From: an uncultured bacterium
GTDB taxonomy: Bacteria; Acidobacteriota; Thermoanaerobaculia; Multivoradales; JAHZIX01
NCBI GenBank assembly: GCA_965368975.1
Contig: CBDUPA010000018.1
Location: forward strand, 32,001-96,000
Length of the DNA stretch: 64,000 nt
Direction: 5' to 3'
Shown: piece by piece, positions 1-9,395 of the stretch
Layout of the letters: each line of letters starts with the position of its first letter
How positions within the stretch are numbered: the first letter of the stretch is position 1
Notes under the pieces: model-generated
The model's input: only the letters and a program-made list of their open reading frames with translations
The model's database searches: none
Told to the model about the DNA's origin: nothing
Translations under genes and position numbers: made by a program

Positions 1-995
1 CTCCAGCCGCCGGGGTCCTCCTGCGTCTCCACCTGCTGTCGAATCCCTGCCAGCGCGTTGCTCAACTCGGTTTCGACCATCACTGGTGCTTGGCGCAGCG
101 CGATCAGTGTAGCCGTGGCGGGTATACCTTGCACAGCCACCAGCCAGATCAGCGCCAGCACCGCCAGGCTGTGACTACCTTCGCGGCTCAGAGCTGACAC
201 CAAGAGAGCCGCCCAGGTGGCGAGTGCCATGAGCCAGAAGCCCAAGAACATGAGGATCGCCAAGCGCCACAGATCCGCTGGCTGTGGCCACCAGCCAACC
301 ACCAGCGCCAGCCCGAGACCGAGCATTGCACCGACAGAGAGACCACTACCGAGGACAGACCACAGAGCCAGGAAACGTCCGCCGAGTAGCGACCAGATCG
401 ACAACGGGTACGAGCGCAGCAAGCGCAGACGCCCGCGCTGTTTCGGGTCGCACAGCGACTCATAGCTGAGCAGGAAGGCCACCAGCACTCCCACGGTCTG
501 GAAGACATACATCCAGTCGAGGCTGATTCCAGCCGGTTGTGGCGGCTCTTCGACCCGTGCCGGGAGCTGCTCCAGGCTCGGACGTAACCAGGCGCTCAAG
601 GCCAGCCAGGCAACGTTGGCCTCGTCAGCCACCCCCTCGTCGAGCGCGAAGGCCAGTTGCCAGGAAGGCTTGATCGCCGGGTGGAGCAAGCCGGCCGCGT
701 CAGCGACGGTCGAACGAGAGAGCTGTTCTCGATAGGCTGTGTCGACCGCCGCCACCCCCTGCTCTTCGAGTTGTGCCTGGCGTGCACCGAGCCAAGACGT
801 CGTGGTCATGGAGAGCACCAAGAACAATCCCAACACCGGAGTGCGCCGGTCGCGCCAGACATCCGAGAACTCCCGCCGGGCCAACACCAAGAAGATGCCA
901 AACCTCGATTCCTCGACCAGCCTGGCACCTCCAGCCGGGCGAGCGACGCCGGCTGAACTGGCTTTCACGACTGGCTCGAGCTGGGCCTCGGACAT
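1..995 (-). CDS. ABC transporter permease (ABC-2 type), runs off the window start; not in ORF track
   Basis: ATG at 995 overlaps the TGA of the upstream permease (TGATG). Manual translation MSEAQLEPVVKASS...FLVLARREFSDVWRDRRTPVLGLFLVLSM...LVAFLLSYESLCDPKQRGRLRLLRSYP is open to base 1, with several TM segments; layout parallels the neighbouring permease. Confidence 0.8.
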   Translation of the reverse strand, partial: MSEAQLEPVVKASSAGVARPAGGARLVEESRFGIFLVLARREFSDVWRDRRTPVLGLFLVLSMTTTSWLGARQAQLEEQGVAAVDTAYREQLSRSTVADAAGLLHPAIKPSWQLAFALDEGVADEANVAWLALSAWLRPSLEQLPARVEEPPQPAGISLDWMYVFQTVGVLVAFLLSYESLCDPKQRGRLRLLRSYPLSIWSLLGGRFLALWSVLGSGLSVGAMLGLGLALVVGWWPQPADLWRLAILMFLGFWLMALATWAALLVSALSREGSHSLAVLALIWLVAVQGIPATATLIALRQAPVMVETELSNALAGIRQQVETQEDPGGW

Positions 996-2596
996 CACGG
1001 CTCCCGGGACAGTGGCGAGTTCACCAGAGAACGGCGGGCCGAAGCAGCCAGCAAGGCATGCAGGACCAGGAACCAAGCCAGCCAGGCCCCGGCCGCGGAC
1101 ACAGACTGGCTCAGCGACCATGCGGGGCGCTGAAAGCTCGGAAGATCTGCCACGTCCGGCCGCCGATGTCTGGTGGTTTCAAAGGCACGCTGTACAGCCA
1201 GTAGGCGCTGTCGAACTTCCGGCTCGCCGAGCCGATGAGTCAGCAAGTCGTAGTTGCTCTCATCGATCTCTTCTGGCTGCGTCCCGATGAGTGTCGGCCA
1301 GGGAGCCTCGGCCTGCAGGTCGTCCGTGAACCATCGCTTCGAATCAAACGCACCCTTCGAGTTCAAATGGGCGATCAAGGCTTCGCGGTAGTCGCGACAG
1401 GCCGCCAGAAACTCGTCCTGAGCCTGGTCGCCGGTACCGGCGAAGGTCTCGGATAGGTGGCCCGTCAGTGCTGCTGGCGACAGCAGCCACAGGCCTGTCC
1501 GCCACAATCGAGGGCCCCATGGGCCGTTGGGTTGCAACTGGCCCTCTCCAGCCATCCGGCCGGCATACGACAGCCCAATCCGGATCTCCTGTTGGTAGTA
1601 CTCGCGTAGGGCTTCGTAGTACTCGTGGCTCCCGGCACGGTACAGCACGCCGCGGTAGGGCCTCGTCTCCAGCAACGCGGCACTGAAACCCAACGGCCGC
1701 CGCAACAGCTCCTGCCGGCTCCAGACAGTCCGTAGTCGCAGGTCTCGCTCTGCCAACAGGGCTTGTTGCCTCGTGGCCTGACCGACACTCCACTGCCAGA
1801 TCCACTGGCGATCAGCGCTGGCGGCGATCGGCGGCAAGACCAACACCGCGGCGCACCAAAGCAGCGCTCCGAGCACCAACGCCGAAGATGGACGCTGCAA
1901 GCGGGTAGACAAGGCCAAACCAAGCCACAGCATGAGCGATAGGTAGACCAGATAGAGCCCGAACATCGCCGCCAAGCGCTGTAGCAACTCGCTGTCGGGA
2001 ACGACACCGGCACGCAGATAGAGCACGGACAGAGATGTTCCGGCACAGACCGACAAGGTGACGCTCAGGCAGACGCCGGCTGCCAGGTACTTACTCACCA
2101 GCAGGGTTCCAGGGCGAACCGGATTCGCCAGTACCATCGCCAGGGTCCCATCCTTGCGCTCACCGCTGACCGCGTCGAAGGTCATCAGCAGCGCCAGCAG
2201 GCCGAGAACCCCGATCACCACCGCCCCGAGATCGAAACCTTCGGACGCTGCTACCAGGGGATTGCCACGTTCGCCACCCACCGCTCGCCAGGGCACCTCG
2301 AAGAGGTGCACCTTGACCTCGTCTCCACGCCGGGCATCGATACCCCGATCCAGGACACTCAACGCTGCCGGCGGCCGCAACAGCGTCGGCTGGAGAAACG
2401 AATACACCGGCACTGCGGCGACTTCCTCTACCGCCCGCTGCTGCCGTTCGGCAAAGGACCGCTGGCGGCGCAGGTAGTCGTCAGACGCGATCAGTGTCGC
2501 CGAGATAACCAGTGAGACGGCCAGCAAGGAGCCCGCCAGGAAACGAAAGCTCGTCCCCTGCAGCCTGAGCTCTTTGATGATCACCGCTTTCAGCAC
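995..2596 (-). CDS. ABC transporter permease (ABC-2 type)
   Basis: GTG at 2596 after RBS AAGGAG. N-terminus VLKAVIIKELR, motif FDAVSGERKDGTLAMVLANPV, multiple TM helices. Confidence 0.85.
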   Translation of the reverse strand: MLKAVIIKELRLQGTSFRFLAGSLLAVSLVISATLIASDDYLRRQRSFAERQQRAVEEVAAVPVYSFLQPTLLRPPAALSVLDRGIDARRGDEVKVHLFEVPWRAVGGERGNPLVAASEGFDLGAVVIGVLGLLALLMTFDAVSGERKDGTLAMVLANPVRPGTLLVSKYLAAGVCLSVTLSVCAGTSLSVLYLRAGVVPDSELLQRLAAMFGLYLVYLSLMLWLGLALSTRLQRPSSALVLGALLWCAAVLVLPPIAASADRQWIWQWSVGQATRQQALLAERDLRLRTVWSRQELLRRPLGFSAALLETRPYRGVLYRAGSHEYYEALREYYQQEIRIGLSYAGRMAGEGQLQPNGPWGPRLWRTGLWLLSPAALTGHLSETFAGTGDQAQDEFLAACRDYREALIAHLNSKGAFDSKRWFTDDLQAEAPWPTLIGTQPEEIDESNYDLLTHRLGEPEVRQRLLAVQRAFETTRHRRPDVADLPSFQRPAWSLSQSVSAAGAWLAWFLVLHALLAASARRSLVNSPLSREP

Positions 2597-2664
2597 GGAT
2601 TCTTCTCCTTGACCTTGCACCTGACGTGCGCCTGAAGTGGCCTCGCCATCCTCCCCTGGAATAA

Positions 2665-2680
2665 AGCACGTAGCGTGCCA
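2665..2680 (-). promoter_or_regulatory. sigma54 (-24/-12) promoter for the ABC permease pair
   Basis: TGGCACGCTACGTGCT on the minus strand (GG-N10-GC), about 70 nt upstream of GTG 2596. Confidence 0.65.
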
Positions 2681-2820
2681 CCTCTCGAGCAACCGTTGCG
2701 CAATCCTGGGACACGGGCCCTCCGAGGGATGGGTAATCGCTTACTCGCCTCAGGGTAAGTACTTGCCCCTGCCAGTGCCGGCAAACCTCCACCCCTTCCG
2801 ACAACGGCCTTCCAACAACC

Positions 2821-2836
2821 TGGCCCGAAGATTGCT
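2821..2836 (+). promoter_or_regulatory. sigma54 (-24/-12) promoter for the radical SAM gene
   Basis: TGGCCCGAAGATTGCT (GG-N10-GC, TTGCT), about 76 nt upstream of ATG 2913. Confidence 0.65.
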
Positions 2837-2912
2837 TCCCTACCTACGGACAATCCTATGACTTGTGAGTTCGCCACCAGGCGCCATTCCATCGACTGCA
2901 CGGAGGAATCTC

Positions 2913-4400
2913 ATGCTTCGGACCAGCAGCTATACGATCTTTGTCGACCTTCCCGAGCAACAAGACAAGCTCCTCGTTCAGGGTTACACCGGCGCTTACG
3001 ACCGGGTCTCGGCGCCGGTCGCCGACTACCTGCGTCGTCACAAGCCGCGCCCCACCAAGCCACTCTACGGCGAATGGACCGGTGAGACCGCAGATCGACC
3101 CGATTCCGAACGGCTACCGGAAGAACTTCTAGAGCAACTGCGCAGCAGAGGATATCTAACTGAGCTCGATCCTGACCAGGAGCAGCAGGTCTTCAGTGAT
3201 CTCGCCCGGCGCTTGCACGAGCGCGCTATCCGGCAGCCACCGAGCTACATCTTCATTCCGAGCTATGACTGCAATTTGCGCTGCGGTTACTGCTTCCAGG
3301 ACGCGATGCGCACGGACTGTAGCTTCAAGCACCTGCTGAGCACCATGAAACCGGCGATGGTCGACCGGATCTTCGACCGGCTCCCCGAGCTGGAAGCACG
3401 ACAGGGTTTCGAGGCAGGCCCCGGACACAGGCGCAGCATCGGCTTGTTCGGCGGCGAGCCCTTGCTGGCGCGCCACCGTGCGATCGTCGAACACATCCTG
3501 CAGCGCGGGCACGACTTGGGCGATGCCGACTACTGGGCCGTCACCAACGCCACCGAACTCGAAGCGTATGTAGACTTGCTGGGTCCGCTGGGGATCGCGC
3601 GGCTGCAGATCACACTGGACGGTCCGCCCGAACTTCACGACACCCGACGTGTCGACGCCCAGGGCGGCGGCACCTTCGAGCGCATCGCGCGCAACATCGA
3701 CCTCGCCTTGGAGCGAGACACCCAGGTCAGTGTGCGAGTCAACGTGGATCGAGACAACCTCCACGAACTCCGCGAACTAGCCGCCGAACTGCACCGTCGC
3801 GAGTGGTCGCTGAAGCCAAACTTCTCCGCTTACGTGGCACCGATCCGGCCGCAGGCCGGGACGCCGAAGGGCACGACCCTCGACACCTGGCAGCTCGACC
3901 GCGCCCTGTCCGAGCTACACGCCGAGGATCCGGCGACCCAGGTGTTGGAGCGGCCGGACGATGGGATGCGTTCGCGTATGCACAAGCTCTTCGCCGGGCA
4001 CCAGCCGATGCCTCAGTTGCGACCGAGCTTCTGCGGTGCCCACGACCAGATGTTCATCTTCGATGCCTTCGGTGACATCTACGCCTGCTGGGAGCGCACT
4101 GGCGACTCTCGTGTACGTATCGGACACGTTCCGGCCGAGGGTGACATCGAGATCAACCTACCGGTGCACCGAGAGTGGCGCAGCCGCAACGTCGCCAGCA
4201 ACTCCGTCTGTGGCAAGTGCCGCTTCGCTCTTCACTGCGGAGGTGGCTGCGCGATTCTGGCGCTCGAGCAGCGCGGCAAGTTCCACAGCAACTACTGCGA
4301 CGGTTTCGCGGCACGCTTCCGCACCTCGGTTGCCGAAGCCTACGCACAGTTCGCAGCGGGCACCGAAATCGAGAGCACACAGCGCGTGTGCACGCTTTGA
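2913..4400 (+). CDS. Radical SAM/SPASM peptide maturase with N-terminal RRE-like region
   Basis: CNLRCGYC (CxxxCxxC), FGGEP, seven C-terminal SPASM cysteines (CGA...CWE...CGKCRFALHCGGGC...C). RBS GGAGG before ATG 2913. Confidence 0.92.
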   Translation: MLRTSSYTIFVDLPEQQDKLLVQGYTGAYDRVSAPVADYLRRHKPRPTKPLYGEWTGETADRPDSERLPEELLEQLRSRGYLTELDPDQEQQVFSDLARRLHERAIRQPPSYIFIPSYDCNLRCGYCFQDAMRTDCSFKHLLSTMKPAMVDRIFDRLPELEARQGFEAGPGHRRSIGLFGGEPLLARHRAIVEHILQRGHDLGDADYWAVTNATELEAYVDLLGPLGIARLQITLDGPPELHDTRRVDAQGGGTFERIARNIDLALERDTQVSVRVNVDRDNLHELRELAAELHRREWSLKPNFSAYVAPIRPQAGTPKGTTLDTWQLDRALSELHAEDPATQVLERPDDGMRSRMHKLFAGHQPMPQLRPSFCGAHDQMFIFDAFGDIYACWERTGDSRVRIGHVPAEGDIEINLPVHREWRSRNVASNSVCGKCRFALHCGGGCAILALEQRGKFHSNYCDGFAARFRTSVAEAYAQFAAGTEIESTQRVCTL

Positions 4401-4506
4401 CAGCCGGCTCGACCGGCGCTTCGGCCCTCCGGACGTTCTGATAACCGAGGGCCTTCTACCTCGAGTCAATGCCAGCCTACTGGTAATCGAATGCAGGAGA
4501 AGCATC

Positions 4507-4701
4507 ATGAAAAAGAGACTGAGCAGCACCCCCTCCCCCTACCAACTGACCAGCTTCAACTCGGTCAACGCGCCAGCCGCTGATTCGGGCGACCTCGAAG
4601 CCTGGATGGAGGCGCAACTGGAGAGTGTCTTCGGTTTTGGTCCCGGCTCTCAACAGCGTCCGAGTTGCAACACCTTCACCTGCGTCGGCTATATGCCGTG
4701 A
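4507..4701 (+). CDS. Putative RiPP precursor, 64 aa (C-terminus RPSCNTFTCVGYMP)
   Basis: RBS CAGGAG, ATG 4507. Directly downstream of the rSAM/SPASM gene; acidic leader-like DLEAWMEAQLESV and a CxxxxC core; strong hairpin follows. Confidence 0.8.
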   Translation: MKKRLSSTPSPYQLTSFNSVNAPAADSGDLEAWMEAQLESVFGFGPGSQQRPSCNTFTCVGYMP

Positions 4702-4757
4702 CGTCACCGGCTGCTCAACACATCTACGAGTAGCTCTCGCTCCTCGCGCTCTTTACT

Positions 4758-4794
4758 AGAGAGGCCGCTCGCGCTGCTAGCGAGCGGCCTCTCT
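4758..4794. terminator. 15-bp perfect hairpin between convergent genes
   Basis: AGAGAGGCCGCTCGC-gctgcta-GCGAGCGGCCTCTCT; no long U-tract. Confidence 0.6.
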
Positions 4795-4813
4795 CTCGTC
4801 TTGCGCGGCCTGT

Positions 4814-7273
4814 CTACAGCGAGCGTAGAACGATCATGGGATCGACGCGCAGAGCTCGGCGTGCAGGCAACCAGCTGGCCAGCAGAGCAACAACACCGAG
4901 CACGAGCAGTGAGACCAGCAGCGCCAGTGGCTCGAAGGCACCGACGCCGAAGAGCACGCGGCTGAGCAGTATCCCGACGCCGACCGCCCCGACCACGCCC
5001 AGCCCGGCACCGATCGAAGCCAGACGCACCCCCTGCCAGACCAGCAAGCGCACCACGTCCTGGACTCGGGCTCCCAGAGCCAGGCGGATACCAACCTCGC
5101 GCAGCCGCTGATGAACGCGGAAGGCAAGCAAGCCATACAACCCCACGGCCGCTAGCAGCGTCGCCAAACCTCCGAACGCGCTGAGCGCGATGGCACCGGC
5201 GCGGGCGGGCAGCAGAGTTGCGAGCAGGCTTGTTTCGAGCGGTTGTGCATCGAAGGGTACGAGCGCGGCATCGAGCTCCTGCACAGCCCGGCGAATCAAG
5301 GGGCTGAGATCGGCAGGACTGCCACCTGATGCCACGGTGTTGGCGGACCGCACCATGGCGGTCATGACCGGCGTGTAGCGCTGGCACAGCGGGAGGAAGA
5401 GATACGGTCGATGCTCCTCGTCCAGGCGCACATAGCGACTGTCTCGTGCAACACCGACCACTTCGAACGTCTCACCATCGCTCACCAAGCGTCTACCGAC
5501 CGCCGCACCGGACGGCCACAATCGGCGCGCTAGTGCCTGGTTGACGATAGCGACACGCGGCCCGTCCGCCCGGTCCGCAGCAGAGAACGCACGGCCGTTG
5601 ACCAGCGGCAGGTCCAATGTCTCGAAGAACCGGCCGGAGACAATGTTGTAGTCCACCATCAGGCCCCTCTCCCCCGCGCCAGCGTTGTCCTCGGCTCGGA
5701 CCTCGAGCTGCCGCCCGAAAGGATCGAGGGGGAGCGTCGTCGCCAGAGCGGCGGCAGCGATTCGGGGTTCGGTTTCCAGGGCATCAACAAGTCGGCGGAA
5801 CATCTCCTGCCCGTGCTGGGTACCGTAACCCTGCGTACTCAGATCGAGCGAGGCAACGGAAACCGCCCCCGGATCGAACCCCAGGTCGGCCTCGTTGGCC
5901 TGCTGCAAGCTACGCAGGAAGAGACCCGCCGCTGTCAGCAACACCAACGAGGCTCCGATCTGCAGCACAACAAGGCTGCTCAGCAATCGGGAACGACCGG
6001 TACCCTGCGCACCTTCCGGCTCCTTGATGGCTCGCACGAGCTGCGGCCGAGTCGCCTGCAGGGCAGGAACGAGGCCAAAGATCAAGCTGGTTCCGAGGGC
6101 CAACAGGGCGGCAAAGGCCAGAACCCGGGGTTCGAGGCGTAGGTCGAGCGACACCGGTAGGCCCGTGGCAGCACCGACGGCTTCGACCGCATGCTGCAGA
6201 TTCAGGGCAATCCAGACACCCACGACCGCTGCCAAGGCGGCCAGGACGAAGCTCTCGCTCCACAGCATTCGGATCAGACGCCAGCGGCCAGCTCCCAGGG
6301 CCAGGCGCACACCGATTTCCTGTTGACGTTGCAGGGCCCGAGCGATCAGCAGCGCCGCGACGTTGGCACAGGCGATCAACAACACGAGTCCGACCAACAC
6401 CTGTAGTGCACCGACGAACCAACCGGCGGTGCTGCGATACAGCGGATGCAGTCCACCCTCCCTCGCGGATAGCACTGAGATCGAAGTACCGCGGTTCGAC
6501 TGCGGAAAGAGTTCGGCCAAGCGTTGCGCCTGCCCATTGAGAGCTGCCTCGGCCTGCGCCGGCGTCGCACCGTCACGCAGTCGTCCGAGGACAAGCAGAG
6601 ATCGGCTGTCGCGGGCTTCGAGCAACCGCGACCCGGGTTGCAGTTGCCGCACGCTGGCAATCGGCATCCAGAGCTCGGGCGCATAGCCCGTGGTCGTCCC
6701 CGTGAACTCTGGCGGCATCACACCGACCACCACGACCGGCCTCCCGTTGAGCTGCAGTTTCTGCCCCAACACGCTCTGGCTACCGCCCAGCTGATCCTGC
6801 CAGAACTCGTGACTGATCACCGTCACTGCGGCCTCTGCTTCCCGTGCCTCGATGTCGAGCACACGGCCCAGTGCCGGTCCAGCTCCCAGTACCTGGAAGT
6901 AGTCCGGCGACACCAGCGAAGCGTAGATGCGCACGTCGCGCTCATCGCCTGCCAGGCCGAGGGGCACGATCTGCTCAGCGACCAACCCCTGCAGCACACC
7001 TCCCTCGGCACAACCCTCGCGCCGGAGATCTTCGAAGTCCGGGTAAGAGAGGGTGCCCCACTGCAAGCCATCGGCGTAGCTGGTGTAGACGCGCACCAGC
7101 CGTTCGGGCTGCTGCACCGGCAGTTGGCGGAAGAAAAGAGCCTCAGCCAGGCTGTAGACGGCGGTATTGACGCCGATGCCCAAACCCAGGCACAGGATCG
7201 CAGCTGTAGCGAAGCCTGGCCGGCGATGCATTTGACGCAGGGCTAGTTTGAGGTCGTTGAGGAGGTCTCGCAT
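4814..7273 (-). CDS. MacB/FtsX-type duplicated ABC permease (ADOP-like)
   Basis: MRDLLNDLKLALRQMHRRPGFATAAILCLGLGIGVNTA; two EIGVRLALGA/EVGIRLALGA motifs; C-terminal PARRALRVDPMIVLR. Confidence 0.9.
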   Translation of the reverse strand: MRDLLNDLKLALRQMHRRPGFATAAILCLGLGIGVNTAVYSLAEALFFRQLPVQQPERLVRVYTSYADGLQWGTLSYPDFEDLRREGCAEGGVLQGLVAEQIVPLGLAGDERDVRIYASLVSPDYFQVLGAGPALGRVLDIEAREAEAAVTVISHEFWQDQLGGSQSVLGQKLQLNGRPVVVVGVMPPEFTGTTTGYAPELWMPIASVRQLQPGSRLLEARDSRSLLVLGRLRDGATPAQAEAALNGQAQRLAELFPQSNRGTSISVLSAREGGLHPLYRSTAGWFVGALQVLVGLVLLIACANVAALLIARALQRQQEIGVRLALGAGRWRLIRMLWSESFVLAALAAVVGVWIALNLQHAVEAVGAATGLPVSLDLRLEPRVLAFAALLALGTSLIFGLVPALQATRPQLVRAIKEPEGAQGTGRSRLLSSLVVLQIGASLVLLTAAGLFLRSLQQANEADLGFDPGAVSVASLDLSTQGYGTQHGQEMFRRLVDALETEPRIAAAALATTLPLDPFGRQLEVRAEDNAGAGERGLMVDYNIVSGRFFETLDLPLVNGRAFSAADRADGPRVAIVNQALARRLWPSGAAVGRRLVSDGETFEVVGVARDSRYVRLDEEHRPYLFLPLCQRYTPVMTAMVRSANTVASGGSPADLSPLIRRAVQELDAALVPFDAQPLETSLLATLLPARAGAIALSAFGGLATLLAAVGLYGLLAFRVHQRLREVGIRLALGARVQDVVRLLVWQGVRLASIGAGLGVVGAVGVGILLSRVLFGVGAFEPLALLVSLLVLGVVALLASWLPARRALRVDPMIVLRSL

Positions 7274-7349
7274 GCTAATCGTCCTTGTCTCGGTTGCTGG
7301 ATTCAAGCGGTGCGCAGCGCAGCGTACCCACCAGGTCGGACGATTCCAG

Positions 7350-7365
7350 TGCAAGAGTCGGTCCA
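7350..7365 (-). promoter_or_regulatory. Possible sigma54 promoter for the ADOP permease
   Basis: TGGACCGACTCTTGCA (GG-N10-GC with TTGCA; imperfect -24 flank), about 77 nt upstream of ATG 7273. Confidence 0.45.
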
Positions 7366-7580
7366 GGTCGCCGGACGCCTCCGGGAGCAGAATTCCGGCG
7401 GATGACGATCGCATTCGGCCCGTCGATCGGGTCAAGCGTTACCCATTCACCGGGTAGGCCTCTACCCGAAACTCAGGGCGAGCTGCCGGCTCGACGCTGA
7501 ACCGCGACACCGGTCTTCCTGCCTTAAGAACACTGTCAGAACGAGGCTATCGAAGCAGCGAGACAAGGCGATGCGGAAGT

Positions 7581-7596
7581 TGGCACACCGGTTGCA
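7581..7596 (+). promoter_or_regulatory. sigma54 promoter of the lipo-RiPP operon
   Basis: TGGCACACCGGTTGCA is an exact match to TGGCAC-N5-TTGCA, about 80 nt upstream of the precursor start. Confidence 0.85.
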
Positions 7597-7677
7597 GTAA
7601 GCGCAAGTATCGCGAGTCAAGGGCCCTGAAAGACGCGATAGAAGCACATCAAACCATCACGAACGAGGAGCAACAAA

Positions 7678-7911
7678 GTGGAAAAGCACGAGAACTTCGA
7701 AGAGATGAGCATCGTCGAGCTGGAAGACCGCCTGGAGCTGGGAAGCCGCTGCCTGTGTCGCAACGGCGACGGTGGCGACGGTGGTTCCGGTGATGGCAGT
7801 GACGGTGGCGACGGCGGCTCCGGCACTGGCGAGGTTCCGATCACCGTCGATGTGACTCCTTCGCTCCCGGGTGGCGAGGAACTCATCCCTGACGAGCTCA
7901 CCCCTCGCTGA
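7678..7911 (+). CDS. Putative RiPP precursor, 77 aa (leader ...IVELEDRLEL; core GSRCLCRNG; Gly/Asp repeat tail)
   Basis: RBS GAGGAG, GTG start, first gene after a sigma54 promoter and ahead of several enzymes with RRE-like domains. Confidence 0.85.
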   Translation: MEKHENFEEMSIVELEDRLELGSRCLCRNGDGGDGGSGDGSDGGDGGSGTGEVPITVDVTPSLPGGEELIPDELTPR

Positions 7912-8066
7912 GCGGGATAGCGCGTTAGCGCCAAACGCGGGCGGCAGTGAGGTTCAAGCAACTGCCGCCCGCTGGCCCATTCAGGGCCTCCTGCAGGGCA
8001 CATCAAACCCTTGCACGTCAAACCTTTGCAGACGAAACCGAGATCAACGCCCAAGGACGAAACGCT

Positions 8067-9395
8067 ATGGAAGCCGCATCCGTCACCGCTCCGTTGAGCC
8101 TCAAGCCCGGTGTTCGAACCTGGCCGCTCGACGTCAGTACCGGACAAAATCGCTACTTGGTCGAGACCGGGGAGCAGCGGCGCTTCGAGATCTCCTCAGG
8201 ATTGTACCAGATCATCGACCTGCTACGGCGGGACGGACAGGACGCCGAGACAGTGGCGTCCGAACTGCGTCAACGTGGTGTCTCCGGTGCTTCGAGTGCG
8301 AAGGTGCTGGAAGTGGCACGCTGCCAGCTCATCCCGCGCGGCATCCTCGAGCCCCTTCCCGGTGAAGAGACGGTCTCGGTAGCCGCTCCGGCGCCGCGGG
8401 CCAGCTATCTGCGCGTGCAGGTACCGTTGGTTTCTGCCGAGCGTCTGGCTCCGCTCACTTCGATGCTTTCGGTCTTGTTCCGACCTGCGCTGCTGGTCAC
8501 GTTGTTGCTGCTCAGCATCCTGGCGCATGCCTACTTCTACCTTGAGATCTTCCCAGCCTTCGACTGGTCCGCCACGACGCTGACCAGCGGCCAGTATCTG
8601 TGGGTTCTGCTGGCCCTCAACCTGACGATCTTCTTCCACGAACTCGGCCACGCCAGTGCCTGCCGGCACTTTGGTTGCGAGCACGGCAAGATCGGCTGGG
8701 GTATCTACATCTTCATGCCGGTGCTGTACACCGACGTTTCCGCAATCTGGCGTCTCAACCGCTACCAGCGCGCCCTGGTCGACTCCGCCGGCATGTACTT
8801 CGAGCTGATCGCCGCAATCGGCTTGATCGCTCTGCTCGCCGCGACCGGCAACCCGCTCTTCGTCCACATCTTCCTGTTTCTCGATCTGAGCATCTTCACA
8901 TCGCTGAATCCGATCCTGCGCCGCGATGGCTACTGGTTGCTGGCCGATCTTTCGGGACAACCGCACTTGCGCGCGGCGTCCCTGGAAGCCATGCGCGCGT
9001 TTACCGCCTTGCTCAAGGGCCAGCGAGCCGAGACGCCTCTGCTCAGCACCCTACCGCGCTGGCTGCGCCGCACGATGTATCTCTACTCCGCCTCGGCCGT
9101 CGCTTTCTCAGCCTACTTCCTGAAGTGGATGGTCGAGTTGGTGTTGGTCGATATCGGTCCTGCGCTGCCGGCTCAGGCTGCCGCCATCCTGGAAGCCGTG
9201 GGCACCCAGCCGGTCGCCTGGCTGGCCGCTGGCGACGCCCTGCTCCGGCTCGCCTTCAACCTCGTCTTCGGTGTCCTCATCCTGTCCGCCGCCTGGAGCT
9301 TCTTGCTCGGCTTCGGACGCTGGCTACGTGGCCTGCTCTCGCCGAGCCCACCGCCCACCGCTTCGTCGACGTCCTATCAGGGAGCCCTGCCATGA
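8067..9395 (+). CDS. M50-family membrane zinc metallopeptidase with N-terminal RRE-like domain
   Basis: HELGH zinc motif and NPILRRDGY (NPxxxxDG); multiple TM helices; N-terminal ~95 aa shows a beta3-alpha3 pattern. Confidence 0.85.
   Translation: MEAASVTAPLSLKPGVRTWPLDVSTGQNRYLVETGEQRRFEISSGLYQIIDLLRRDGQDAETVASELRQRGVSGASSAKVLEVARCQLIPRGILEPLPGEETVSVAAPAPRASYLRVQVPLVSAERLAPLTSMLSVLFRPALLVTLLLLSILAHAYFYLEIFPAFDWSATTLTSGQYLWVLLALNLTIFFHELGHASACRHFGCEHGKIGWGIYIFMPVLYTDVSAIWRLNRYQRALVDSAGMYFELIAAIGLIALLAATGNPLFVHIFLFLDLSIFTSLNPILRRDGYWLLADLSGQPHLRAASLEAMRAFTALLKGQRAETPLLSTLPRWLRRTMYLYSASAVAFSAYFLKWMVELVLVDIGPALPAQAAAILEAVGTQPVAWLAAGDALLRLAFNLVFGVLILSAAWSFLLGFGRWLRGLLSPSPPPTASSTSYQGALP

Noticed and set aside
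3961-4506. 246-aa ORF as an rSAM-overlapping protein
   Set aside because: Only the last 64 codons follow an RBS and lie outside the rSAM gene; the rest is an alternative-frame run-on.
8600-9391. 681-aa version of the ureohydrolase ORF
   Set aside because: The extension overlaps the peptidase in another frame and is low-information; ATG 9392 with RBS GGAG and ATGA coupling is the likely start.
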